Positions 1-13,420 of a stretch of DNA of 64,000 nt are shown here, in pieces. Position 1 is the stretch's first letter. Each line of letters opens with the position of its first letter. The notes under the pieces are model-generated. The model searched no databases. It saw nothing but the letters and a program-made list of their open reading frames with translations, and had not been told where the DNA came from. The position numbers and the translations under genes are program-made. Source of the DNA: Hamiltosporidium tvaerminnensis FI-OER-3-3 (lineage: Eukaryota; Fungi; Microsporidia). Location of the stretch: assembly GCA_022605425.2 (NCBI GenBank), contig CM061249.1:310001-374000 (forward strand). The letters are read 5' to 3'.

Positions 1-560
1 AAAATACTATTATCAGATTGAATAGCTACTAAATACAGAAATTTATAAATTAAAATTTTAATACATCTCTTACTGATTGTGAGTTTTTGTTTATTATCCC
101 AAAACTCCAGAGTCGCTTTGTATAAATGTCGATTAAGGTTAAAATTTAACGATACCAGCATTTTTATTTCCGTATCTTCTATGATCTATACAAAAAATCA
201 TAAATAAGTTATATTTTTGGTAATATTGATCATATCTATTAACTGACCTTTCTTAAATAAATTGAAAATACTACAGACCGCTCCAGCGTATTGCACATTC
301 CCTTGTGTTTGTTTTAGAAATTTCATAAATTTTTGTTCACATAACTAATTTTATTATTTCAGAATGTTCTACCGAGTGTTTTGTTTAATTATACCTTAGA
401 TCTAAACCTTTTCTAATTGGAAACCTACCTTAGCATTCGTTCGTGCCCTTTGAAGCAAATATCATCTCGAAATATTATAAATTCATTTGACTTTCTTGTC
501 CGAGGTCTTTTATCTTGTTTGCTTTAGTTAAGTGGATACTACCCGATCTTTAAAAAAGTC
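1..560 (-). mobile_element. Decayed Ginger/Gypsy-type (rve) integrase remnant, runs off the window start
   Basis: Manual minus-strand translation across stops and frameshifts gives an HHCC-like KHSVEHSEIIKL...ECAI, then IDHRRYGNKNAG/YR*ILTLIDIYTKRLWSF...NKNSQSVRDVL.../AIQSDNS (first two D regions of DDE). A possible TGTTAC terminus lies near 1061. Confidence 0.65.
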
Positions 561-1732
561 AACTGAATATCTTTTTTTTGCTTGTTTTGGCAAATTACAA
601 TCTTTGTCATCTGGCCTACAATATTTTTTTTGCTATTAGTAAAATAAAAATTAAAAAAACAAGAAATATAGAGTTATATTATTTTAAGCATTTATCACTA
701 TTTATAAAATCATTTGTTCAGAAAATAGTTACTTGATAAAGATTATTCCACTTTAAAGTAATTGTTCAAACTATAATTCAAAACAATAGCAAGTCCTAAA
801 AGTTTGCTAAGCATTGTTTGTATATATAATAAATGTTAATCCTTTAGATTCGAATAATATAGTCCAGCTGTATAAATATAGGAAATAACATTGAGCAATA
901 GATGGTGGGATAAATACGAAATAACTCGGTAAAACATAGGATAGGGAATTTAATCAAAAAACATATTTTTTTTATTCGATAAGGGGTATTTTTTATCTAT
1001 CAAAATGTATTAGGAATAACGGGTACATTATGGCCATGAGTGTGCACTTTGGCCTGTAACATTTAATATTAATACTTTCATAAGATATTTGTTATTGAGT
1101 ATATGACAGTGATGGCATATTTTGTCGTTTGAAACATCATTTTAAATAAATGTTTTATCGATATATTTTTAACCTTTTCATTTATTGCACCTAGGCTTTA
1201 CATTGTATATTCTCACATTTCAATAACTGTTTTTTTTAGTTTTTATATAAATTTATTTGTAATAAAGTACACAAGCAAAAAGAAATAACTGTCAGTTTAT
1301 GAAATATCATTCTGATTCTAAAAATAATTAAATTTAGTATTTTTTATTGAGAGAAATTCTTCAAAAAATAAAAGAACTTAATTTTTGTTTAATTAGTAAT
1401 ATAAAACTTAGCTGAAATCTAAGTAACAGTCAATTATTGATTCTTAAAACTACAAATAACAATCGAAAATCAAAAGAAATATTCGTTCATTTAAATTCTA
1501 AAAATAGTATTTTTTTTCAATAAAATTTGACGTTTAGAAATACCAACAATTGTTCATACTTACTCCTTTTAATTTACAAACTTCTAAAACATTTTATAAA
1601 ATTTTAATTAATTGAGATTGGTAGGACACATCATTTTTGACGTTTTATGAAACAAATCAAAATTTTTTTAACTAAAAACTAAAATAGTAAATTGATTTTA
1701 AAACTATAAATACGTATTTTTTTCTAAAATTT

Positions 1733-4087
1733 ATGAAATTTAATCTCTGCTTCAATCTCATAACGTTATTATACAAACCACTTATTTTTGTGTTTATCTA
1801 TTATTCGATTGAAAGAGATATTATATTTAATGTTGTAAATGAAAATGAAGAGTCGTACATAGCTTCAATTTATAATGAACACAAACCCGAATGTCTATGT
1901 CAAATTAAAAGAGATGAGACTAATGAAAATGACGAAAAAAACTGTTTAGAAAGAATGCTTGTCAGAGATTCAAATAGGCAATATGAACAGTATTGTATAA
2001 AATTTATTGAGAGAATTAGTCTTAAGTTTGATATATTCGAAAAGTTTAACAAAATGAACAATAATATAGAAATGTACCTCTGTCATCATATAAAGAAATC
2101 TGATTTTTTAATATTCTATGAGTTTATAATTTCATATTATTTTCCGGTACATAAAATGACAATTGACAAGTTTTACACAATATTGTATTTTTTAGAATAT
2201 TTTAGATTTGAAAGTGATAAAAAATTGCGAAATGTGATAAAATCGATTTTGTATTCTTTGGTTGTGTCTGATGAAATGAATAATTTTAACATTGAAAAAG
2301 TATCATTTCATTTTTCAAAGCAATGCTATTTCTCACATGCTTTATTAAAAAAAATATCACAAGAATATTTAAAACTACTGAATAACGGAAATAAGCCAAA
2401 ATTTTCGTTTTTTATAAGAGAACATGAATATTATGTTTCTAATATAATCAATGAATATACAAGTTTATACACAGAAGATAGAAAAAATATTTTAGTAATT
2501 AATGACGAATTTGATACATTTTTTTATAAAAAAGTGGTTGTGAATCATAAAAGTCAATGTTTATTTTTAATGTTTCTAAATACATTAGATATAAAATATT
2601 TGCATATAAAGTCATTAAAAAGAGCGAATTCGAAGAGTTTTTGTTTTATTTTAAAAAATTTAAAAAAGATGGTTGATGAGATTGTATTCTTTAAGTTTAA
2701 CATATCAGATGATGTCATTCGTTCTCTAAATGCAAATTTAAATTTTAAAAATTTAAAAAAGATGGTTTTTATTGAATCTAGATTTGATACAATTTTCATA
2801 TTTACAGAGCATTTAAGTAATATAGAGGAATTTATATTTTATGAAGAACATAATTATGAAAGATATTCTCTTGATGAAATCAAAGAAGGGGATCTTAATA
2901 TAGCAAAGTTTATAATACAAAGTCTGAAGCATATACACCCACAACATTCCATCGAAGAATCTATCAAGAAAAATAAAAACACACCAAAAGGAAATGAAAA
3001 TTTCTATTTAAAGTTACTTAAGGAAGACCAATTTAGAAATAAAGTTAAAATCATCGAATATTTTAAATGCAAGAATAATAATTTGCAAGTCAAATGTTTT
3101 TATGAATCTAAAAGATGTTTTAATAATATTTCAATTACTTTCAAAAATTTAAAGGAGAAACGGTTTATTATAACAGAAAATACTATTTTAGAAGAAAATA
3201 TAAAATCTATTAAAATTTCATCTTCAGAAATAAAATCTGGTTTTCTAAGAGATATTTTAAATTTAAAAGGGCTAGAAAGATTAGAAATAATCAAATCAGA
3301 TATATATATTGACAATGAAATTTTTATAAACGAATCTATTAAATATTTTAAATTCTGGCCTAAAGGCAGTGATTGTTATTCGATTTTTTCAAAGTTGATA
3401 GATATGATGATAGGTCTTCAAAAAATATACGTTCTTAAACCAAATATTATAGATATAAACCGTTTTGTAAATCAAATTTTTTATATTACAGAGTTATATC
3501 TTTTAGATATTAATAAAATGATTGATTTCTTAAAACTTTCAAAAGAAAATGAAAAATTTGATTTTAAAGCCACAAATATTTTGGATTCTGAATATCCTAT
3601 AGATTCCTTAAAGTTTTTATTTCAAAACTATGATATAAGCAGCATAAAGAAACTAATAATTTTCGAGTTAACTATCAATAATTTAAATGTAAAAGCACTT
3701 AGTAATTTATTGAGTCTAAAAGAATTAAATATATATAGAATTAAATTTCAAAATATTAGTTTTTCAGAATTATTTTGTGCCTCACGGGAATATAAAATAG
3801 AAAGAATGGAGTTTGCTAAAATTGATATATCAGAAAAAGATTTAATATTTATTGCAAATTTAAAGAAAATTGAAGATATCCTATTTAGATCATGTGATAT
3901 ACAGGGAAAGGCTTACCATTGGATAAAATTTTTGTTTTATAATGAAGGTTACATTGAACTGAAATATATATTTGAAGCGGATAATTTAGCAGCAGAAACT
4001 ATTAAATTTTTTGAAGAGAAATTTAAAACGAATATATTGTTACAAAGCAAAGTGGGGGAAGTTAGGGCTTTGAAAATATTTAAATAA
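1733..4087 (+). CDS. Lineage-specific 784-aa protein: hydrophobic N-terminus, BTB/Skp1-like segment, LRR-like C-terminal half
   Basis: Intact ORF; hydrophobic residues ~3-25; LxxLxxLxI repeats (LKGLERLEI, LLSLKELNI, LKKIEDILF); close paralog at 40369-42707. Confidence 0.8.
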   Translation: MKFNLCFNLITLLYKPLIFVFIYYSIERDIIFNVVNENEESYIASIYNEHKPECLCQIKRDETNENDEKNCLERMLVRDSNRQYEQYCIKFIERISLKFDIFEKFNKMNNNIEMYLCHHIKKSDFLIFYEFIISYYFPVHKMTIDKFYTILYFLEYFRFESDKKLRNVIKSILYSLVVSDEMNNFNIEKVSFHFSKQCYFSHALLKKISQEYLKLLNNGNKPKFSFFIREHEYYVSNIINEYTSLYTEDRKNILVINDEFDTFFYKKVVVNHKSQCLFLMFLNTLDIKYLHIKSLKRANSKSFCFILKNLKKMVDEIVFFKFNISDDVIRSLNANLNFKNLKKMVFIESRFDTIFIFTEHLSNIEEFIFYEEHNYERYSLDEIKEGDLNIAKFIIQSLKHIHPQHSIEESIKKNKNTPKGNENFYLKLLKEDQFRNKVKIIEYFKCKNNNLQVKCFYESKRCFNNISITFKNLKEKRFIITENTILEENIKSIKISSSEIKSGFLRDILNLKGLERLEIIKSDIYIDNEIFINESIKYFKFWPKGSDCYSIFSKLIDMMIGLQKIYVLKPNIIDINRFVNQIFYITELYLLDINKMIDFLKLSKENEKFDFKATNILDSEYPIDSLKFLFQNYDISSIKKLIIFELTINNLNVKALSNLLSLKELNIYRIKFQNISFSELFCASREYKIERMEFAKIDISEKDLIFIANLKKIEDILFRSCDIQGKAYHWIKFLFYNEGYIELKYIFEADNLAAETIKFFEEKFKTNILLQSKVGEVRALKIFK

Positions 4088-4997
4088 ATTTGTGCCTTTT
4101 AAAATTATATCTAAATTATAGGTTTTAAGAATTTAAATTAAAATTTTCCGGTATTTTTCATTTTTAGTCAATATTTAGATTTAATCTGTAGAAAAAACAG
4201 AAGTATGGATATAATCAGTTTTCTAATACAATATATTATAATTTTTTATCAGCTACTTCTTTTCAATATGTATGACAGACAGTCTATATGTGAATTGGAG
4301 CTTTGTTACCCTTTTTAAGGTGTGTCTCATGAAGTTTTAAGGGCGGAAATTAAACGGTCTGTAACCAAAAGCAAATTTTTCTCATTCATAAAATAAACAA
4401 TTTACTATTAGTAATATATGTTCCTCGTTTGGAATTTCTAATATATTGACACTTTATCTTTTTGTAGGAAATCAATGTTTTCATTCTTTTAAAAAAAATA
4501 ATTTATTTAAAGGTGGATGTGGGATAATCACATATAAATAAAAGCATCTGCTTGGTAACTTGTATGTATGGGTTATAAGGAAATTATTATTTGGATTTTT
4601 GATACGAATGATAAACAGGCTATATCTTTGACCATTTCATAAAATTTGTATGAGGAAAAGATGAACTGCAAATTCGTGTGGCTTTTTTCATACGAAAAAG
4701 TTAGTAGTTTTTTATGTGGTTATCCACCCTACAGTCGTATAAGCAATCATCTATATTAAACATAGAATTCCCTAATGTCATGAAAACAATATAAAACATG
4801 TCACAGTTCTAAAAATAAGTAAAAATCATAAAAAAATAAAAGATAAATAAAGAAATAATAAACTCTCAGATATAAATTAAAAAAAAGAAAGGAAGAACCA
4901 AAGAATTTACGCTTTTTACTAACACATATCCCATCTCATAATCTATTCATTAAACTTTCTTATTAACTTCCTATATACCTTCACCAATATCTAAAAC

Positions 4998-5524
4998 TCA
5001 CACCAATCCTAATACCCCCCTTCTCTCTCTCCTAAAATTAACAAAAACCTCAGGAAAGTTATCACCATCAATATCAAACGGACACTCTACACCACCGTAA
5101 ATAACACCATCACCTTCTTTCTTACAACACAATTCACTTATAAATTTTTCTAAATAATTTTTAAACCTCTCATTATCATAAAACGAACAAAACACAACAT
5201 TATCTCTTATTGTTACCATACTTATATCTACATTCCACAGCCTTTTAAAATATTTTAATATTTCAGATAATTTACAGTCACCAAAGACAAAGCTATTCCA
5301 AAGAGTAAAAGTAGTACTATTAGTATTAACAGGGTGTGAAGTATTAGTATTAACAGGATGTAAAGTATTAGTATAGGTAATAACACCCTTATAATCATCT
5401 ATAGTATCACTAACACCCTCTAATCTATTACGGTTAATAACACCTTCATATCCAATGCATTCACTATCACCCTTATGATTACTGCCTCTATCCCTACTAT
5501 CTCCGTTATCACTCCATACTTTAA
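4998..5524 (-). pseudogene. UBA1: Orphan 3' fragment of ubiquitin-activating enzyme E1 (C-terminal ubiquitin-fold domain)
   Basis: FTLWNSF...LSEILKYF...VDISMVT...VVFCSFY...ISEL matches the E1 UFD pattern. It is preceded by GVS/HPVNTNT low-complexity repeats. The predicted ORF start (5555) lies inside the RTE 3' end. Confidence 0.7.
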
Positions 5525-8500
5525 ATTTATTTATCCTCAGCGCTACAACTTTCACGAGCCTTGGCCTTCTTCAGTAATTTAGCTCACCAGTCTTTTTCTA
5601 GCGCAATATTCCACCAGTCTTCTACTCCAAGAAATCGTTCCGTCTTTTGATTTGATTAATCCGGCCGGTTCTCGGTCTTCCCACTTTCCTTTTCCGACTG
5701 GTATAAGGTTCGAAACTTTAGAAGGTATGCGATGTTCTAATTCTTAGCAGGTGTCTTACCCAGCGAAGTCTGTTCAGCCAGACTAAGTCTACTATTGGCA
5801 TATAACTTAATTCAGTGTAGTATTCCCTGTTGTTTCGTTTCCCTCACCTGCCATTTTCTTATTTAAGTTCATAAATATGTCTCAGTACTTTTCTTTCGAA
5901 CACCGCTTTTTTTTGCTCATCAATCTTCTTCACCACCAAAGACTCTGATCCATACATGAGAATAATTTGCAGAAGCGTTTTGTAGAGAATGAATTTTGTC
6001 TTTCTAGAGATGAGCTTAGACTTAAAGTGCTTGAAGGGACAATAATAGCACTTGTTCGAAGCCGGAATTCTACTCTAAAATTTGTGCGAGCTGCTGTTGT
6101 TTAGATCTATTCAGGATCCTAAATAGACAAAATCTTCTACTGTTTAAAGATATAATCTCTAACTTGCATTGAGGGAGTCTTCGAATATTACTTAATGTCA
6201 TTTTTTGGTTTAGCGAATGTTAATAATCAGCTGCATCTTCTTGGCTGCACATTCCAAGGCTATGAACGCTCTTTGCTGACTAGCTTCTGATCTTGCAATA
6301 AGATCAATACCCTCAGCGTAGGCTAGGATTTGAATTTGCTTGTTAAATTCAAGACTTTGATCTGAGGCCAGAATCCCGGACTACTTTCTCAAAAGCCTAA
6401 TAATAAAGTAGTCAACCCCGTGAATGGTCGCTGCTTTAGACAATTAAATGTTCTAACGGTTCTGACAAAGTAGACTGTACTCTGATTCTGCAACTTGATC
6501 TATAAATTGTCATTTTAGTTAATCATATCAATTTATGGGGAATACTAAATTCTTTCATGGCTCTGTAAAGCATTTTTCTATTGACTTTATCATAGGCTGC
6601 TTGCGGTCTATAAAAAGGTGGATAAAACTTAACTTATATTTGAATTTTTTTTCCAAAATTTTTTTGGTGAATAAATCACGTCTGATGTCGATCTATCTAT
6701 CGGGAACCTGCATTGGTATGCTCCAATGATGTTCTCTACACAAGATAGCAGTCATATAAAAATAACGCTAGACAGAACTTTTTAGGTTGTGTTCGGAAGA
6801 GATATTACTCGGTAATTTTCACGATTCAGTGTGTGCCCTTTTTTGTAAATCAAAAAGAAGAGACTTGTACCCCATTCTTTAGAAATTTTCTCTTCTTATC
6901 ATTTCTCTCTAAGTAAATGCGTCAGTCATTAATGTAATTTCTACTAGCGTTTTTAAACTGTTCATATGAATTTAGTCTGTTTTAGGGCTTTAATATTTTT
7001 CAGTTTTTCCACGGCTTTATGTACTTCTTCATAAGAAGGCACTGTGTCTTCATGGCTACCAGTATCTTCTAATTCGTCAAAAATTTGTCTGTGTCTGCTT
7101 GATTTCCGCATTCATCCAGTAGTTCGCAAAAATGATCTGACCCTATATTTATAACATGTTGAATGCCTTTTTAGGCGCACCAGTTTTACTTCCACAGCTG
7201 TTTGTTCACGGAATAGAAGCTTTTCTGGTATTATTTACCTTTCTAACATTTCTCTACTAGATGCTGGTATTATATTTCTGAATGAGATCTATTTGCTTTA
7301 TCATGAACTTTCTCTTCTTAGCTCGGTGTATCTCTTTTCCTCATTGCTTAATCTATATATATTTCAGTATCTACTCTAGACATTTTTTTTGTTTCAGAAA
7401 GTTGTAGGCCTCATTCTTAGCCTTGGTTGTGCTTGCCATTCCTCATCAAACCCTTTATTTCTTATAATACTCAGCTTAAATCAAATTGATACACGGCCTG
7501 TTGCTACTATATTATGTTTTAGCATATTCTTATGTCATCTATAACTTCCTTACTCTGTTCTCTAACTATTTCGTTGGTTTTTGACTCATATATTTTCTTC
7601 CTCTTCTCATATTTTAAGATACAGGTGTTATATCCAACAGAACTAGTTATTTTTGATTTCTGGTGTGTGAGATTATTGCTCTTGGTTGTGCAACATAAAG
7701 GAAATAATCCCTTTCGATATTTGCACTGCATTGTACTCTAATATACTGTAAGATGGTGTTGTGACGTTTGATAATGTGTGTATGATCTATTTGGTAGACC
7801 GTATCTTAGTCCGGGGTCGTTGAAGTCCCCTTGTGTATGTTCCACGATCAAAAACTGTTCCCCAAATCAAATTTCCTCTTATTGCAAAATTAAGTAGTCG
7901 GAATCCATTTTCAGAATGCTCCTTATGTAAAGTATAATTTCTAATACTGCTACAGACATAATATTTTCCGATTTTTGCGTCCATGTTTTCTAACAGAAAT
8001 CGAATGTATTTTCTAGGACAATCTTCATATACTTTCCCTAAGAGAGCATAATGGGCTTTCTTTTCCTCCCCAGTTGAATCTTCTGCGAGAGCATATGCCT
8101 TGAGGATAATATAGTTCAATTTTTTTTCTTTTATTTTGATTCTAGATTGACTGGGTTTTATCTCCGAAAATCAATTACAAGCGGTTTTATTTTGTTTCCA
8201 ACCATAAATTCTGTGCCCATTAGGTAGTTTTTTCCTAACAGCTATAGTAGAGTGAAATTCTCTTCTTATTTATATTTCTTTTTCCTGTCGATTCCAGTTC
8301 TTGTGGGCCTACAATGACGATATTACGTTGAGATATCACATCAGACAGACACTCCGGGGCCTCGAGCCTATGTAGGGAACGCTAATTATATGTTGCAAGT
8401 AGAATTTTGGTTTTTTGTTTGACTACGCTAACTATTTTTTGAATTTCCGTCTGAGTTTAATTAAGTTTTTGGGTTTCGTAACATGTTGGTTTTGAAGAGC

Positions 8501-8614
8501 GGCTTGTTAGCCATACTCCCAAGCGCGAAAAACTAGTTCCTTCTAGTTCTTACTTACGAAAAGCAAGGAATACTCTAGACCAATTCTGTCTCCGGCAAGG
8601 AGAGACCGATCAAA
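5525..8614 (-). mobile_element. Near full-length, decayed RTE-clade non-LTR retrotransposon (APE endonuclease + RT)
   Basis: APE segment in ORF 7787-8119 (AYALAED...MDAKIG...ENGFRLLNFA); RT QILAYAEGIDL (degenerate YADD, ~6300-6340); DFVYLGS (~6115-6135); LMYGSES; 3' EAKAR plus GATAAATAAA tail; RTE-type 5' UTR ending GGCTAACAAGCC...TGTTACGAAACC. Many stops and frameshifts. Confidence 0.9.
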
Positions 8615-10249
8615 CCTATATATGTTTTGAAATTTAGGTTTGATTGCAAATGATCGGTTTGAACTAAGAACCCTTGCTTAGCATGTTTTTTAAGATGGAA
8701 TACGTAAGCTCACAATAAAGCAGCTAACCTATATTATTTTTTATTAAGAAGCCTTCTTTTAAACTTTATAAAGAATTTGGTAAAAAAACTTGAGTTATTT
8801 CATGAAAAGGTATAAAACATGAAGTCTGCATCTCTCAGTTGGAAAGCAAACTCATGATGTTTATTAAACACACCCAGTAAAAACAATTTAGGAAAAACCG
8901 TATCTGATAGAAAAACCAACTATTTGTTTGATACTTATTTCATAATTAATCCGTCTGAGCTTTAAATCACAACTTTAATTTCCTTCTGAATTAACCAATG
9001 TTTGACATCATATTTCTATTTATTCATAATGAAGCCATTCAAGAACAATCTCAGGTACGATTGATTTTTTCAATTTCTTTTTATAAAATCGTAAGTTTTG
9101 AACCATGATATACACCAACCTATTTTTTAATTGGAGCCATCAAAATCGATATTTTTATATTCCATATTAATTTAAACTAAGGAAAATTTTCTTAAAAAAT
9201 TCATTACAGAAAATCCGGGTTCTATATACATTTTTACTCGTGTAAATTTTGATCTGAACGCAATTTAAATATTACTATTACGGGTTTATTAAATAAATCT
9301 ATGCTTTTTCCGTTGTATTATTTTTCCATATCTATTTAGATTTAAATATATTTGCGTCAAAAATACATTACTTCTAATAAAATATTCATAGCTTAATTTT
9401 TTGATTTCTTTGATAAAACACTTCTATTGAAAATTTATTGTGAAGCTCTTGAACTTTATATAAATTTTTTATTTTCTTTACCCATGGTCTTTTACATAGC
9501 CAAAATACATTTCTCTCAACTTTATTAAGGGTGTGTTCTGACAAATAAATTCTCAATGTGGCACGGAACGCCTGTAAGTAGCTATTATTTTTCTGTCGGC
9601 TTCGTATTTTTTGCATTCTTATAGCCAATCAATCCTTTAAACCCAGATGTAAATTGTGTATGATTTTTTTCAGCTTTGATATTTTATAAAACAGTTTAAG
9701 TTTGCTCAGAAACTTTTTTTGGGATCTTTCTGTATTTCTAAAAACAAATTGGTTCTTTTCTTGTGGATAAATCTTTATGAAAGCAAGATCGATCAAATTA
9801 AACTTAGCAGTTACTCCACCAAGGAGTAAATAAATAGGTTTGTCTTTTCATAAGATAATTCTCTCTAGAAGCTCTAATCTAAAAAAAGGTTTCTGAGACC
9901 AATTTGGTGCGTTATGCTTGATATTTGTAGTATAAAAGAGAGTTGGCTTGATTTTAGCTGCGTTTGAATCTAGAAAAACACGTAGCTTGTGAGTAGCTTG
10001 CAATACTCTCGCATGCATTTCCCTTTTAATTCCATTCATTTTATTAGAGTTTCTAAGTATGAAAACTTTTTATTCTAAACGCAGTCTTCATTACCTAATG
10101 AATTATAGTTTAAGATAAACAGTAATGAAACATAAATTTTAAGGTTTTTTGATGTAAAAGAAAGATGCAAATAATACATATATGGTATTTAAATTATGAA
10201 CCTGAAATAGTAATAAATAATTTGATTAATCAAGAAATATAAAATTTAT

Positions 10250-13200
10250 TATATTAATATCGAGGTAACTTGTAATTCATGATGCTATTAGTTTTTATAT
10301 TATATTTACTATTTTGCATTCTTTGTAAAATTCTTGTTTATATTGAGTTCTTTTATTTCATACCTTTATGTCTTATGTATTCCGGTTTGCCGTTTCCTTT
10401 TCATCTCTTCTTAGCGTTTTTTTCACCAAAAAGGCTAAAAAAAGTTATTAAATAGAAATGATACTGAAATATGGCACATTAAACTCAAAGTTGTTTGTGG
10501 TTTTTAATTTTTCGAAATAGCAGTTTTTAAGCATACAAAAAGATTTTCAGACCTTCTAGCTACAAGATGTAAGAAAATATATGTAAGAATTCCCTCTACA
10601 TTCTAAATATAATTTTTAATTTCTTGTTTAAATTGGCATTTCAGTTATGTAAATAAGTGTAGGATAATTTACAATGCACGGATTTATAGTGTTCAAAGAA
10701 AAAAATTTTTATTAGCGTTTTATAAGCTGTCAATATACGATTGCATACAAAATGAGAATGCAATTAATTAGAAAAAGAACAAAAGTCTTTATTTAGCTAA
10801 AGAGATGATCATTGTTGCTAAATGTTAATTTAGACGAGAATAGTCGTTTTTTCTTTAATTCAATTTGACTTATTATTTAAACAAATCACGATAGTTTCAT
10901 CATGAGGTAAATGAATTTATAGCTCAAATTAGACTAAAATACCATGATATTAAAACAAACTACATATCAATATGTTGAGCGTTGTTCATATTAGTTTTTC
11001 GAAAATAAAAAATTAACTGTTATAAATCCAAAATATCATCGAAATAGGATTAGTTTGTATAAATTATGTAAATTTTTGAATTTATATGGAGTAAAAGAAT
11101 AAATCGCGATTGTTAACGTGATCAGCATACACACAAACATATTTGCTGGTTTAAAATAGTAAAATGACTTTCAGATTTTAAAATTCTTTGATTTTCTGTT
11201 TGTGACTAACCTATTTCGATAGTGAAGTAATTTAATCATGACCAAATATATAAAATCTCACTTTCTGAACGTTTTTAACTACACTAATAAATAATTTATG
11301 GTCGGTTTAACACAATCGAAATATCAAGGTTGGGTCAAGCCTACAAATATAAATAAAAATAAAAAATCAAAAAAGATATTTTAATTAGGTATAACGATAA
11401 ATTGGATATCCAAAAAATATAGTCTTGGCATATACTATAATATATATATTCGAAAAAAAACATGAAGTTATTTTTATCTTTCGTCTATCTTATTTTTTTA
11501 ACTGTATATCTCTAAAATCCTAATATGAAAAAAACTACAAGTGTAACTTTAATTAAGCGGTCCCATGCAACATATACAGATTAAAATAATAATAAACCCT
11601 CTCAATGTCTAGGATTTTCTTAGAAGTGCAAAATTAAACGTTAATTAGAAACACATTTGTCATGCCACACCCATGAAAATGCATTAAATGATAGTAATTT
11701 GCTACTAAGCTAGGCATTTATTTTTAATCGAACAGAGAAATAAACATAAAGCCAAAATTTAAGAAATCGCAATATATTTTTTTCTTTTGAGATATAATTT
11801 AGCAATAAAAAGCATCAGTATAAATATTATGAATATAGTAGCTTTTTCAACGTTTTTAAAAAATTCGAATTCATCCGTTAGGGCTCTTTCAGCATAAAGA
11901 TAGTTAAGATAAATAAAGTTTAAGGTGACGTAAAAACTGTTTCAAGATGCAACGATGCGATATAAATCTAATTTATTTGTATTTTGGCCTTTTCACGTGT
12001 TTTTAGTGTTTAAATCTTTGAAAAGTATTTTTCAACTACATTTGCAACTCATAGATATTTTTTGTCGCTATTCCATAGTTAAAAAAAAAAATTAACTTTA
12101 ATATTAAATTTATTTGGTCTCTAAGGACAGCTCGATAAGAGAATAATAAAAATCTATCCAACAATCCGTTATTTCTATCCGAAAAAACATTTATAAAATA
12201 ATATTTTTGCTTTTTATACTTTTGAAAAAAATTCTATTGCATTAGTAACCATTATAAATCATTTCTACAGAATTATATGCAATCTTTTATCTGACATTTT
12301 GATCAAAAAAAAGAAATCAAAAAAAAATTGCAATCAAAAAAAGATTTTAAACTCTATTTAGTAAATTCAAAATTTATTTTTTGGACGGTGATGTATTTAT
12401 TTTAAAAAAATACCGTTAGGCATTAATAAAAAAAGAATTTGAATAATCTGAGACCTAATGGAAGCTATAGAATAGAAAATACAATTACTGGTGTCATACC
12501 AAAAAGATCAAGTGACTCTGCTCGCGCCTACGAGATTGTTATAAACAATGATATATTTGGGAATTATTCTTCTAATAGCCAACAAACGTACAGCCAAAAA
12601 TCTTTTAACCAAAGCCTAGCTACACAAAATAATCTTAAAATTTCGAATCGAGAACTACACCATGAAAATCAACATTATCAGTTGGTTTTTAAGCTAAAGT
12701 TTGAATATATTTTCTTGCTTTTCCTTCAAAATACGATTTTTATGTTTTTATTAGCAACTTCTACCTTTGGAAATATTTTTATTACAATTTTTTCCCTTAA
12801 CTATTTGGTAATTCTATTTATATTTTACAAATATATGAAAGAGAATAAAAATATTGACTATATTTTCCATGGTATGTTCATTTTTATTATATTAGCAAAT
12901 GCATTTTGCTACAAATAATTAGACAGGCTGTTTTAGATGAAAGGTTCACGTTTTTATTGCATTAAAAACCATATACTTTGATATTTCTTAAAAATCTTTC
13001 TATTATTTATTGATGTTTTCAAAGTTTTTTTTTATAAAAAAATATTTTATCATTTTTTAAAATTGAAAATTAGTATAATAACATATTTTTCTTTTTAGAT
13101 TTGATTTCTTCAAATTAAATTCATATTGAAGGTATCTCATAAAAAGTACTAGTATCTATTAAATACTTTCTTGCTATATTTTTTATATCGTTTTTCACCA

Positions 13201-13420
13201 ACTAAGTTCTGCATTACTATTATTTTTAAATATTTTCATTTTGTGTTTTAATGTTTACAAATTATCTAATATTAAGTAATTTCATTATGTTTTACGGTTT
13301 AGCTAATTATTAATAAATCCTTATGTCTTTTTTCTCAAATGCTTATAAAAAATGTTTTTAAATTGTTCTATATTTATTTACTATTGTTCGGTAGCGAGGA
13401 TATTCCGCTCTAAAAAGCTA
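10250..13420 (+). repeat. ~3.2-kb diverged segmental duplication, copy 1 (paired with 33600-36950)
   Basis: Colinear blocks: tgtcttatgtatt (~10368/33712), catttcagtt (~10638/33974), acgagaata (~10834/34170), aaataatttatgg (~11289/34640), atatttatttactat (~13370/36910). Boundaries approximate. Confidence 0.75.
12422..12965 (+). pseudogene. Disrupted paralog of the small C-terminal multi-TM protein family
   Basis: LKFEYIFLLFLQNTIFMFLLATS matches 27635-28165. The ATG is replaced by ATT, and a 1-nt frameshift at ~12905 precedes the homologous QIIRQAVLDERF...LH* end. Confidence 0.7.

Noticed and set aside
8800-10040. Possible IS630/Tc1-like remnant (GVYHGS, EIVLE fragments) and ORFs 9386-9628, 9848-10039
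   Set aside because: Motifs too degraded to support a call.
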